This document shows positions 48,434-60,818 of a stretch of DNA of 64,000 bases, piece after piece (position 1 is the first letter of the stretch; every line of letters starts with the position of its first letter). Under the pieces are notes generated by a model that had not been told where the DNA came from, did no database searches, and saw only the letters and a program-made list of their open reading frames with translations. The position numbers and the translations under genes were made by a program. The stretch is from Macrostomum lignano (taxonomy: Eukaryota): contig NIVC01001069.1 in assembly GCA_002269645.1 (NCBI GenBank), positions 186,001-250,000 of the forward strand. Direction: 5' to 3'.

Positions 48434-49345
48434 TTTACAGTGTGATTAAGCTGAGGCAATATGGGATCCCCAGTCCTGAAGCATTTTACAGTGTGATTTA
48501 GCTGAGGCAATATGGGATCCCCAGTCCTGAAGCATTTTACAGTGTGATTAAGCTGAGGCAATATGGGATCCCCAGTCCTGAAGCATTTTACAGTGTGATT
48601 TAGCTGAGGCAATATGGGATCCCCAGTCCTGAAGCATTTTACAGTGTGATTAAGCTGAGGCAATATGGGATCCCCAGTCCTGAAGCATTTTACAGTGTGA
48701 TTTAGCTGAGGCAATATGGGATCCCCAGTCCTGAAGCATTTTACAGTGTGATTAAGCTGAGGCAATATGGGATCCCCAGTCCTGAAGCATTTTACAGTGT
48801 GATTAAGCTGAGGCAATATGGGATCCCCAGTCCTGAAGCATTTTACAGTGTGATTAAGCTGAGGCAATATGGGATCCCCAGTCCTGAAGCATTTTACAGT
48901 GTGATTAAGCTGAGGCAATATGGGATCCCCAGTCCTGAAGCATTTTACAGTGTGATTAAGCTGAGGCAATATGGGATCCCCAGTCCTGAAGCATTTTACA
49001 GTGTGATTAAGCTGAGGCAATATGGGATCCCCAGTCCTGAAGCATTTTACAGTGTGATTAAGCTGAGGCAATATGGGATCCCCAGTCCTGAAGCATTTTA
49101 CAGTGTGATTAAGCTGAGGCAATATGGGATCCCCAGTCCTGAAGCATTCTACAGTGTGATTAAGCTGAGGCAATATGGGATCCCCAGTCCTGAAGCATTT
49201 TACAGTGTGATTAAGCTGAGGCAATATGGGATCCCCAGTCCTGAAGCATTTTACAGTGTGATTAAGCTGAGGCAATATGGGATCCCCAGTCCTGAAGCAT
49301 TTTACAGTGTGATTAAGCCGAGGTAGGATGGGATCCCCAGTCCTA
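48421..49345. repeat. 51-bp minisatellite, ~18 near-identical copies, overlapping the NuMA start
   Basis: (GTCCTGAAGCATTTTACAGTGTGATTAAGCTGAGGCAATATGGGATCCCCA)n. Confidence 0.96.
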
Positions 49346-52300
49346 CCTGGACTTCAAATTCAAGATGCTAAATTCCCTGGATCTAGAGTTCTATTCAAAT
49401 TATGGCAACAGCAATGACCCACAAAATTGTTGTTGGAAAGTATAAAATATCAGCTTTAATGTGTCAAAAAATCATCCTTTTATGCCTTTAAAAAGGTAAT
49501 CTTTTTCTATTTGAGCTAGGGTTATAGCTCTACAATATGTAATATTATAGTATATACTATATATATATACTATACTATACTACTATACTATTATATATAT
49601 ATATATTATATGTACTATATGAACTATAGTACTATATTGAACCTCCATTTTCAGGGAGCACATGTCCATCAACATATGAACCACAAGTTATTTTTTATAT
49701 ATCTGGCTCATTGCGGAGACAAGAGGCTAATTCAAAATGCTAGCATGAGAATGAACAATTAAGTCAATGACACCAACACTATATTGGGGACATTTAATAA
49801 GGAGTTTTTTGGTATTACATTATATAAACCTAACTACCTAGAATAATTTATGAGTTTCTGCTAATGTAATAAATATGATAGGCTATATATATAACTTTAA
49901 GTTCTTTTGAAATTAGTATTGTTATCATTCTATTAGTTTATTCAAATACTTTAGAGGAGCATGCAAGATGCAAGTAAAGTGTATGTAAAGGGCCCCTCCC
50001 GATTTTTTACTAAAAAATAGTCACCGATTAACCAATTTAAATCCACGCCAAAACTAAGAAATATAATTTGTTTTACTACTCATATTTTTTATAATATTTC
50101 GCGCGAGTTAATTTTTGTTTTAAATCATCATAAAAATTAGTATAAATAGAAGCGTTTTCGGTGGAGGGAGGACCAACCTCGCGCATTGCGGTTCAATAAT
50201 ACAAGTTGATAGCAATTAATAAGAGTTCCAAGAAAATAAGAATTGAAGAAGTGTTTTCTGTATTCATTCCTTTAAGAAGTAAGAGTGAAGTAGACGGAGG
50301 TGTGTACCATATATACTACTAAGAAGGAAAGTGTTGAGTAGTAAGAGAATACGAAGTAGATCTGAAGTCATACGCATAAGAATAACCGGAGGCTATGACC
50401 CTCTGATCTCAGTAACGCCCAAGGACTTGCAAAGTACATGGAATACATATACTAGTATAGCCAATAGATTACTCAGGCCAAAAGTACAGTGAACGCTACC
50501 GGAATCAGAATAAACGCTACCAGAATAACAGAGGAATAAAATCTTTAAGAGCTAATAGTTTTCTAAGAATAATACTCAGACTAAATACTCAGACTAAATA
50601 CTAAGATATATACTCAGATCAATTCTAAGAAACATTTCTTGGATTATTCTAAGATTGATAAACTCATAATTTATTAATAGGATAATCCTGGTGGCAGCTA
50701 CCAATATTTATAAGAATAGAAGTTTAGCCCTTTGACAACTTTAGTGACAACTGTGGAATCATTTAAAGAGACAGAAGAAACACACCTATGACAACTTGGT
50801 GGCAGCTAGTAAGGCTAAACAAAATAATAATTAAGAGCCCTGGGACAGCTTTTAGTAACAACAGTGGGATATTATTAAGAAGGAAGAATCACCCCTGTTA
50901 CATGTAGTCTGATGAAAGTAGCAGTTAATTACTTATTCTAACAATTTTACTAATTTTTAGTATATTTGATATACACTAAAAATGTCTTTCAAAATTAATT
51001 TTAAATAAAGTTCTTTAGGTGATGAGCCCGTTGCATCAAAAAGACCATGTAAAAAACTAAAAGGTAAGTAAATTGCAATGCCATTGGTGTGCATTAAATG
51101 ATTATTCAAATAGGCTGTCAATATATTCACCATAACATGCTCTTAAGAGTGTTTGAAGTTCAGCTCTGGTTTGAATTGACTTATTTCAATAAGTTGACAA
51201 TCTTGTTTGGCCAGTCATTAGCACCAAATTGTATCTATGGACTATGTCCTCTATAGGTATACTAGATAATAATACTTTAAAATCAAATCAAATTAAAATC
51301 AAATACTTTAAAATCAAATCAAAATAGAATTTTATATAGAGATGGCTATTACTATTATATTGGATCTAATAACCACCAACCAAGTAGTTTTTTGTTTTAT
51401 TTTCTTTCAGAAGTACAATTGCTTTAATAGACTCTTTACTCTCTTAGTTTCACATGCTACTCAGTATTTGTCAATAGCCCTTGGCACTGCTACTAATGTG
51501 GCTATACCAATAGTCCAATACCAATGATTCTAAGTGAAACTACTACTGCTGACTCAATAAGTATAAGTCTATTCTAATGAATATATATATTATGATGCCA
51601 TTACTTAACAGTTAAGAAAAAGGCTATTTTTTCTCTAATCGATCACATAGATAGATAGAGACAGACCATTTTTAGTATATAGGATGGAGTTGGCAAACAT
51701 GGAGCATTGACTAATTGCATAGATGTGCCAATTAGTCGATGGAAAAGACAATGCTATCATACATCAACCATTAAAAGTCATTGTTTAAAGAGCACTTTTG
51801 CAATAAGGCTATATTTAGTATACTTTTTAATGAAGGCTCAATTATACAGTTATACATGTTCTGCTCATTTTACTTGCTCATTATTACTATAAAAATAACC
51901 ATTTTACTATTTATACAGTCACCATAACAATTAGGCCTAATAACTACATAAGGCTAAAAAATATAATATATAATATATAATTTCAATTTTTTATTTCCTT
52001 TTTGTTTTTTAAAACTATTTTTATAGATTGAAAAATAATAATCTAGAACATAGTAATACATATTGCAAACTTTAAATACTAAACTAAAGTCCAGAAAAGA
52101 ACATTGGATAGGGGCCTACACACACTTGAACTAAGTCTAAGTCTAATGGTTCTTAACCTGTGAGTCGCAACCCTTAGTGGAGTTGCTACATTGCCTGACC
52201 ATTTTCTAGGGGTCACAGCAAGAAATATATGAGTAAGTCATACTTAATTATGCATTATATTGATTATAAAAGGGGTTGCAAACATTAAAAATTGATCTGC

Positions 52301-53140
52301 AAGTGAATAAATTGGTAGGCCCTAGTCTAGCTAGCTGTCTAGGATTAAGTAAGAATAGCTAGAGAAGGGAATGCTCTAATAGCAAATGTAAATATATTAT
52401 AATGCCAAATTATGTTCCAATCCTAACCTCAAGATACAGGCCTATAATGTTTTTTTCTCTAATATTGGAGACTGGACTAGAAGCTTGTGTGAAACAATAC
52501 TTTGCTAAATTGATTTGTCCCGCTATGACTGTGATCAACTTTACAATTTTGTTGAGCTAAGGCCCTACCTGGCCTAATCTTACAATAGTTAGGCCACTAT
52601 GCCTAGGCTAAACTAGACATAGACACTTAATATTATTTGAATGAAAAGCTATTTATATACTATTAAACCATTACACACTTCTATTCTATTCACTCTAGAA
52701 CCTAATAAATAGCTGATACAAGAAAAAACCTTAAGCATTGATAACATTGCGGATTAAATAGTAGTAGTAGTAGTAGTAAGTTTGGCTCAGGCAAAGAGCC
52801 TGTTTTGCCTATATGATTTGATGTATTTAATATTTGTTGAAAATGTTGATTTTCTTTAATAAAAAAGTCCAAACAAGAATTTGAATTGCCGCTTTTTTAA
52901 AGCGCATTGAATTATTAGCCTTTTCACGAAGTCTACTCCAGAATCGGAGTAAATTCCGATTCCAGAACCAGATTCGCTAGGAAAATGAAAAGCATCGAGT
53001 AAATTTTATTTTTTGTCAAAAATTACTTAACATTTTTAATATTTTATTTTTTCTAAGTTACTTATTTTTTGCCTTTGAAGTTATATTAGAAGTTAAATTG
53101 ACTTTAAATATTTTTCATTTTTTCCATAGAAATATGTAAA
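49345..53140. other. AT-rich, CpG-poor non-coding block upstream of NuMA (possible long first intron or outron)
   Basis: Composition resembles the block at 17830-27600; no credible ORF. Confidence 0.55.
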
Positions 53141-53184
53141 TATGTCAGCCAGCTGTCCTTCTTCCGCCCTGCGCAGGGCCCTGC

Positions 53185-53390
53185 TTGGACTCAACCGCAG
53201 GGACATCAGCTAGGGCGGTGACCATGGCCCTCTCGGGTCATGGCTGTTTTATTGCCAGGCATCGCCACCTCCCGGGAAAAATCCGCAGTGAGAGGAATTA
53301 TTGCCCATTCCACCTCTACGGTGTCGAGAATGTGGAGCACTTCATCTGTGAATTTTGTACAGTAAATTTGTCCCCGACTTAAGCATTGAT
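53185..53390 (+). mobile_element. Decayed non-LTR retrotransposon 3' end (Cys/His knuckle)
   Basis: ALSGHGCF...CPFHLYGVENVEHFICE; homologous to 55960-56090. Confidence 0.55.
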
Positions 53391-54760
53391 CTTTGGACAA
53401 ATTTACTATACAAAATAGTTACTACTCGTCAATTTTTGCGTCACACAAATATTTATTATCGTTATAGTCTCGTTAGATCCTTTTTCGTTTTATTAAAATA
53501 AACCTAGCTGAATATATGCACCACCGGAGTGCGAAACGCGTGACGACACTCGAATGTTGACTATTGGATTCCTATTCGTAGCTCGTAGCAATTCAGCGAC
53601 GCAGCTTGTTGCCTTCGCTTCTCCCGCTTCAACTCTTCATTAGCCGCAGAAACGTCAGCTGCTGCATGGCCGCTTTGTCGTCCTGTCGATAAAGCGGTCG
53701 GTGTACGCGCAGGCTAAGTTTGCGGCCAGGCTCAGACTGGGTTTTTTAAGTTTGGAAATCCAGTTGCCAGCTGGCCCTTGGGGCTCAAAATCCTGTTGCC
53801 AATGGCTATTTTCTGTTGCCCATTGGAAACTAGCCAAATTCTCGAGGATGGATATTTCCAAGGCTACGTTTGAAAAGCAGAAATTTGTTCTCTCAACTCT
53901 AAGATTGCTATATCTATGCTGCAAACAATCCAATGTACTATAAAATGAAAATCTTGATTGCTTGCTTGTATGTTTGTGCGCAATCTAACAATTCCATCAT
54001 ATCGATTCATATGACAATTTTTTACACTTTCAAAATTATTTTTGAAATTGGCAACTGGGCACACGGGGGAAAAAGAAGTTGCCAGATTGGCCTCTGATGC
54101 CGAAAATCCAGTTGCCAATGAGATTTTCAAGGGGCCAAAAAAACCCGTATGGCCCAAAAAACCAGGGATCAGTTCTATATTATGCTTCTTGTGTGCTCTC
54201 CGCCACTGTTCGACTCGCTCTCCGCTCCTTTAACTGCAGCCGAGAGCGGCCGCCTCACCAGATTCTCCATTGAGTCGAGGATGCATGGGTAGTAGGCCCA
54301 GACTCCATTGAGGAGTCTTTACCGGTAGCGGAGAACTTCGCTACAGCCCGAATCGTCATTCAATTCGCGACTGGAGATAACGAGAGCAGACATCGACTCA
54401 GCCGAGCTGCTGTTATCGGAGCAGCTCCACCAGGTGCATGGTTGCCGGTCGGTTGGCACGGTTCCAAAAAGCACCGACTTGCGCGCCGTCAAATGTGGTG
54501 GCATCAATTCTCAGATTCTCTATAAATACTGACTGCATGAGCGGTTTTCAAGTCCGCGCGACCTCCGTCGACTCGAGCAACGCCTTTTAAAGTACTAACG
54601 CCATAGAGTCAGTAAAAACAGTCTCAGCCGACAGGTTAATTGGGTCCCGATTGTCAAACGACCATTTCAGTGCTGTCCGATCGCATGGTCTACTGCTGAA
54701 CAGCTGGGTAAAGCTTGAGCCGAAGCTGACAACATTACATTTACTCCAGAAGGTAGGGAT

Positions 54761-55735
54761 TTAAGGAACAATAGGAGCGCCTCCATTGCTGAACAAAATG
54801 TTCGGACCGCTCATCGATCCGCTCCTTCTGCGCCAAGTCCCTTCGCCTGGAACAGGGGTGGCCTCGTCTAGGAATGCCGTGAGCTCAAACTCGGCCTCGC
54901 TGCTCAACTGCTCTACCAATAGAATTCAGATCGCAGGTTGCACTTCACATCGCGCAGATCTGGAAGGCCGTTCACTTTCTCCCGTAGTTTCAGTCCCGAC
55001 AGCCATGGTTGAGCTGCGGTCTGCGAAGGGCCCGAACCTTGCGACCTTGTCAAGCCGACTATCCTCAGGCTTGTACGGCTCGTATTGCGGCACGCGAACC
55101 CTTGGGATTGTGAGACTAACTTTATCTATGCTCGGCATCTCCAGCTCGACAACGCTGCTCATTTCGATTTTCACCTTGGCTCCGGCAACCACTGCTGAGG
55201 TAGCATTCCTTGAGCTCGGCCGCGAGCCGTCCACCTCGCAGTAGCCCGCATCGACAGCCGCACTGTAGGTAGGTGGCTTTGGCCTCGGTCTTTTGCGGCA
55301 CTCGCACTTGACGGTGCGATTGTTCAACTCAGCAACCAGTCGGTACACTTAGGACGGATTAGTCATCAGGAAACTTAAACTTATAACGTCGCTCAGGGTA
55401 TCTGAGCTTCGATTCTGGTACAGCGTTCCAACCGATGATGCTGACCTGCCCCGAGGACTCGACCAGGGGGCCAAGGCCGCTGATTTGCAATTGCGTAGCC
55501 GTCGTAACAAAGCCAGCAGTCCATCTTGAGCCCTTGACAAGCAAACAATTTTTAGGTGAGCGAGAGGCTGGAATAGAGAAAGGGGGCTGCAATGAGCTTT
55601 ATATAACGCCTGCAGCGCTTGTGAGAGGTTGGGGGTGTGCTTCAAGCGTAAGTAGAATATTTTTCTTCCCTTGTCGCAATCTGTCGCTCTACTACATGTA
55701 TGGTCGTATGCAACGAAACCATGAATGTCATTCAA
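54761..55735 (-). pseudogene. Unidentified degenerate reading frame with two in-frame stops
   Basis: ORFs 55735-55349 and 55348-54926 and the stretch to TAA 54763 share one frame; no family recognised. Confidence 0.3.
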
Positions 55736-55959
55736 TCCCTGTAAAATTGTGCACTTGCACTAATAGTGCGTGTACAGGAGGCCTTTTGCAAGTTGCAACA
55801 CGCATCATTTTTACTTGGGTATGAAACTGGCAGCGTACGCAAGCTTCTATTTTTAGGTCTTGAAACTGAACGCACAATCGTACACCAACAGGCACTGTAC
55901 TGATACTAACTTTTCTTAAGTAGAATTGCTTTTTAATGCTGAATATACTACTATTAGAC

Positions 55960-56090
55960 AACCATTGCCCTTCCAGGCTAAAATCCTCAGTGAGGAATCC
56001 CCATTCTGCCTCTCCGGTGTTGAGAATGCGGAGCACTTCATCTGTGACAGCCCCGACTTTGCTCAGGACAGACTCACCTACTTCGGCTTA
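55960..56090 (+). mobile_element. Second decayed LINE 3' end fragment
   Basis: SPFCLSGVENAEHFICDSPDFAQDRLTYFG, a C-x2-C...EH...CP.F...R..FG tail typical of I/R1/LOA-group elements. Confidence 0.6.
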
Positions 56091-56653
56091 AACCAGGATA
56101 TTTACGGATTTAGTGTAATTAGATGTTAACTGACTAGTGATCCTGTTCTAACCTTAGCGACAGAAACGTTTTGCGTTAAAGATATTCATTTAAAACATCC
56201 GCATACGCGTAGACCCTCGCCTAAACGATGAATAAAAATATTTATTAAGATTTTGGTCTTTAGAACTGAAACATTCATGAATTTTAGTAACCCTTCAAGA
56301 CAGATTTCTTCGATAGCCTTCATAATGCATGTACTGTATATAATGATCTATAACAAGTTCTATAACAAGATATTTTAGAACAGTTCTTGTACTGTTCTAT
56401 AACAAGAAGTTATAGAATTGATTGATTAAACTTGTTTTTTATTGATTTGCAGCTGTCTATCAAACATTAAAAAGAAACAAAAATTAACGAAAAATCAATC
56501 AGTAAACGCGAAATAGCAAACAATTCAAAGATTTTGGAGCAAGGGGTGTTTGGATAATCATGTTGAGTCAGTGTAATATTTTAAACACGATTGAGAAGGT
56601 TAAATTGGATACATTAATCAATCACTCAATTAATCAATCAGTCAAGCAATATA

Positions 56654-56911
56654 TCAATCAATAAGACGCGGCCTCAGATCACGTGATCCGCCCAGGTGCC
56701 GTCTTAAATATTCGTACAGCGCGCTCTGCAACGGCCGGTCGTTCAACGATTTCTCATCTTCTTCTTGGAGCGTCGAGTCGGCGTCGTGGATCTCGGAATC
56801 CTCGGCGTAGTCGGGTAGGTAGCGACCGTTCGCTGGAGCAGCCTGGTGATGCAGTAAGAGTAAGATCAACAGAAATAGCTTGGTTAGCGAGCTGTATGGC
56901 TCTGAGTTCAT
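56654..56911 (-). CDS. Putative secreted peptide (neuropeptide-like) precursor, 85 aa
   Basis: Hydrophobic signal LFLLILLLLH, likely cleavage near ANG|RYL, acidic spacer, dibasic RR; branch point and acceptor gctaacag| just upstream of ATG. Confidence 0.6.
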   Translation of the reverse strand: MNSEPYSSLTKLFLLILLLLHHQAAPANGRYLPDYAEDSEIHDADSTLQEEDEKSLNDRPLQSALYEYLRRHLGGSRDLRPRLID

Positions 56912-57909
56912 GCTTGCACTGACAATGACTGTTAGCTAAGTAATTTGCTTAGGTAACTTTATCCAGCTTGAAGGGCCAGCAAAGCCCGTAGCATTGTCTT
57001 GTTTATAGAGTTTTAAAACTCCCGGATGCTGTTTTTGTTCTCAAAATTATAATATCCGTCATTTTTCCGTCAAGATCAAACCAAAATTTGTTTTTTGACT
57101 GTGAGCTGAAAATATACATTAATTGTGGGGCTGGCACAATTACTCTATTGTCTGTATTGCGTCTGCCTGCCTGTTGTGGAGAAAGAGTTTCTTCGGAGAA
57201 TAAAATATAATGGACAAAACATACCCTCAACTTATAGAGGTGAATAATTACCTTTCCAAGATGCATTTCGAGTGGCAAGTTGACAAGATTTGAGATGCGA
57301 TAAGGTAAACTTGGCTATGCTCAAAGAGTTTTGCATTTCTTTAGTATCTTAGACAGACAGCAAACACATTTGCTATATGCATATTAAGGATTTCGACAAT
57401 ATTTCGGCAAGCTGGCAGATATTTTTGTTTCAGAATTTGCTAATTCACTCTTTCATAGATATACACAAAGCGCTCGTATCCACACTTAGTTGAATCACCG
57501 ACTGAAGGAACAGAGGTATAGCTTAGTTCACCTAAGCTCACTAGAAGAGCAGAAACTGCTGCAGATAAACATCTCGATGAAACATCTGTTATAGAAGTGT
57601 TCATTCACTGCTATGACGGATGTGGGAATGAATAACTGTACAAGTGAGCAAATATATGGCATTTTATAAGCCAATTGATGCTAGCAGTTTGACAAGCACT
57701 AAGGGACGACTTTTTGGCACTCTATGGTTCAACCCTGGGGCTTCGGAGCTACCAATTTAATAAACGGAGCATATAATAAAGTGCAAAATGCTATGTATAC
57801 AAATTCGCTGCATGACTCACGGAGATCAATTGCTCAAATCCCTCAAAGTCTGATTTAAGCTGAGTAAAAAGCAACAGTTTGCGAGAATCCACGACAGGAG
57901 GGACGTCAG

Positions 57910-58671
57910 ATGCCGATCAATTATGACAACGTTTTTACGGACGTCGACTTGGCCGATTCGGCCGAGTTTCTGTCGCGTCTAATTGAAGTTGAGCAATGCA
58001 CAGAATTCGAAGACGAGCTTCAGGACGAGGCGGAGGACGATGAAGAAGAGAATCCTGCAGCTGAGAAGGGCGGCCGCACAGCGTCAGGCCTATCCGGATT
58101 CAGACAGTGGCTCACGCGCACCAAGCAGCTCGGTCGGCGAGCGTCCCGCCTCCTGCAGGCGGTCGATTCGATGCACGCGCCAAGGGACCAGCGCAACCAT
58201 CTGGCCGACATGATTCGGCTCAACCTGCTGCTCGAGTGCAACAGCGCCATCGGATTCAACGCCGATGGAACTTTGCGCAACACGGAGGCGGCAGCCAGCG
58301 TTACACCCTTTGAAGACGACTTGGACGATGAAGACTCTGATAAAGATTCTGAGCATGTACGCGACGATGCCGAAGTACTCATGACCAAGGAACGCGTGCT
58401 GTCCAGCACATCGTCTGGCAGTCACAGTTTGATCATCGTCACCATTCTGATTTTGATTGGCTCCGTCGTGTCCGCGGTGGTGGCCCCTGACTGGTTGAAA
58501 TGGCAGTCCGAATGGCTGCTCCTGGTGACGTCCACCGCCGCCAGTCTGATGATCAGCGTGGCTGTTTTTGCCAGAGCCGGCCGGAGGCGGAGGTCCATTG
58601 CCGCCTACCGCGAAATGGGCAAAGAGTTGCAGAGTAACCGGATCATGCTCAGTACCATTAAGCATGGATGA
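57910..58671 (+). CDS. Acidic N-terminus plus two transmembrane helices; possibly the first exon of a vezatin-like gene
   Basis: 253-codon GC-rich ORF; TM segments LIIVTILILIGSVVSAVV and WLLLVTSTAASLMISVAVF followed by RAGRRRR; weak layout resemblance to vezatin; possible donor GTAACC near 58632. Confidence 0.55.
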   Translation: MPINYDNVFTDVDLADSAEFLSRLIEVEQCTEFEDELQDEAEDDEEENPAAEKGGRTASGLSGFRQWLTRTKQLGRRASRLLQAVDSMHAPRDQRNHLADMIRLNLLLECNSAIGFNADGTLRNTEAAASVTPFEDDLDDEDSDKDSEHVRDDAEVLMTKERVLSSTSSGSHSLIIVTILILIGSVVSAVVAPDWLKWQSEWLLLVTSTAASLMISVAVFARAGRRRRSIAAYREMGKELQSNRIMLSTIKHG

Positions 58672-59349
58672 ACGCCCGGGGGAAGTATGACCTGCGCGAC
58701 CTCGACGAGATGACGTCTTTATATAAAGTGTTACCATCAACCTCAGGTGACATCGATCGTGTCTAAAAGACGAGCGTCGCCTTCAATCAGGTGACTCCTC
58801 AACCTTGTTTATAAAAAGTACTGAAAAATGATTTGGAAGATTGATGAAGCTCTTTTAATCACTAGCTAAGCTAGCTCACTGGCAATATTAGTAGTTGATG
58901 GTATATTTTAATTAATACAGTACATGTCCATTTGTTGCAGAATTGTTATTCGAATACACGTCAACTGCCACTGGCTTGCAAAAGTATATTTGTGCATATA
59001 TCTGTTTACATGCGAAATCAAAATGGATTATTAATTTTTCAAGTCTTGCTATGCAAGAAAACTTTACAACATTGCTGTACCGTGTAGAGCAATGAGTCAT
59101 CATCTAGAGCAGTAGAATAATACTCATTTCAGTCAAGAAACAATGAAAGCGAGTTTTAAACTGCTTTAAAGTGGTTTGAAATCTGTTTCTAAGAATAGAC
59201 AAACAACGTTGGGGAATCTCAATAGACTTGGACTGACGAACAGAGGGCTTTCTGTGGATGCTAGTGATTTTAAATACTTTTGTAACACTATTTAATGTCG
59301 ATTTTAGCATAAAATTATGATAGAAAATTCTTGTCGCTAGCTGACACTG

Positions 59350-60298
59350 CTAATTCAAGACGCCCATCTCGATCAGTCTGGACAGGTAGCTGGCATTATT
59401 GGCGGCAATGAATGCCCGTACGCTGGGGTGCTCCAGATTGAAGGCGAAATGAGCTCGTTTGTGCAGTTTACCCCGACCGTCGGGCTGCATCACGCCGTAG
59501 TATTTGTTAGCCGGCCTGGTGAAGTAGTCGCGAATGCACCGACTCAGCTTCTCGTAACTCATGTGCCGATTGCGCTTGTAGCAGCCCCACAGTTCGGCGA
59601 CCTCGTTAGTGTCGGTGAACTTGAACACGCCTGGTTGAGACCACTGATCCTCCACCCAGGCCAAGCCGGAGTGCCCTCGCAGCAGCAGTAGCAGGATGAA
59701 CTGCCAGAGCAGCATCGGCCGCTCCTTCTTCTGCCATCGAGGTACGGACGACCTCGATTTCGACTCGCTGCTGTCCGTCTGCTGCGGAGCGATTGACTGT
59801 TGCGGAGCGATGGAGGTGTCTGGAAATAATTTGAGAGCGTACGAGTATATGATAGTCATGCAGGGCTCCATGCAGTGTCGAGACGCGCTCGTTTGCAACC
59901 TGAATCGGAACCTTACCGTAACAGTAGTACGAATCGCTTCGTGACATCAATGAGTCATCAAAAATCGACGACTGCTGCCTGCCGTAGCCGGGTGTAATGC
60001 TAACAACATTTTGTCCCAGCGCCTGTCCAGGAAGCCCCGATTCAGTCACTGACATGAAATCTGGTTGCTCTAAAATCGGCATGCATTGTTTGCGTTTGTA
60101 GACATCAACATTGACTAATTAATTATTTGCTTATGAGATTGCAATGATTAAGTACTTACCAAAGATTGCTTCCAAATCTTGGAAAGGTACACTAACGCCT
60201 GTTAGTTGGTGCCTCTCATTAAAGAGGTTTTGATGCTGCAGCTGCTGCGGTTGCTGCTGCTCGATGGGGTTTGAAATCATCATTGCTAGGCACTCCAT
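59350..60298 (-). CDS. Divergent ETS-domain transcription factor; exons 60298-60160, 60114-59917, 59819-59350 (268 aa)
   Basis: LLWQFILLLL...W...GVFKFTDTNEVAELWGCYKRNRHMSYEKLSRCIRDYF; GTAAGT and GTAAGG donors with phase-1 joins across 45-bp and 97-bp introns keep the frame. Confidence 0.85.
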
Positions 60299-60745
60299 TG
60301 CACGGATATCGAATGTACCAGTATTTTTCAAGGATTTATGAATAAATGTCGTCGTTCTCAAGTAGTTCAATGTCGGCTACCCGCCAAAACGAACCACAAT
60401 TTATGGAACTCGCACGAACAATAGGCCCATTGTCTCTCCTAAAGGGCCTGCATATACCAGTAGACTATTGAGTTCACGTACGCGCTGCCATTGGCTCAAC
60501 TGCGCTGGCCTGACTTGCTCAGTGCTTTTGGATTGTCGGACTCAAAAACCGGGGTTGACAGCCGAGCCATGAGCTGAGCCGAGCATATCCCAGATTTGAT
60601 TGGCCGGATCTGCATTGAGCTGCGGTGCGCCAGCAAATCCTGGAGTTGCATACGGATGCCATCCGCAAAATAATAGCGCCATTGTCATTACCACGCCACC
60701 CAAACCAGAGATTACTTTTGCTTGAGTCTAGCTAAATATAATTAC

Positions 60746-60818
<73 letters not shown>
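60746..60818. repeat. (TATC)n microsatellite
   Basis: About 18 units read directly. Confidence 0.97.

Noticed and set aside
33478-49326. Numerous repeat-peptide ORFs (e.g. 34678-35390, 37941-38555, 41581-42394, 48400-49326)
   Set aside because: All coincide with intronic or flanking minisatellites and have no independent coding signal
48421-49345. CRISPR-like regular repeat arrays (also 1-2265 and 43085-44213)
   Set aside because: Units are head-to-tail with no unique spacers and no cas genes, in a eukaryotic context
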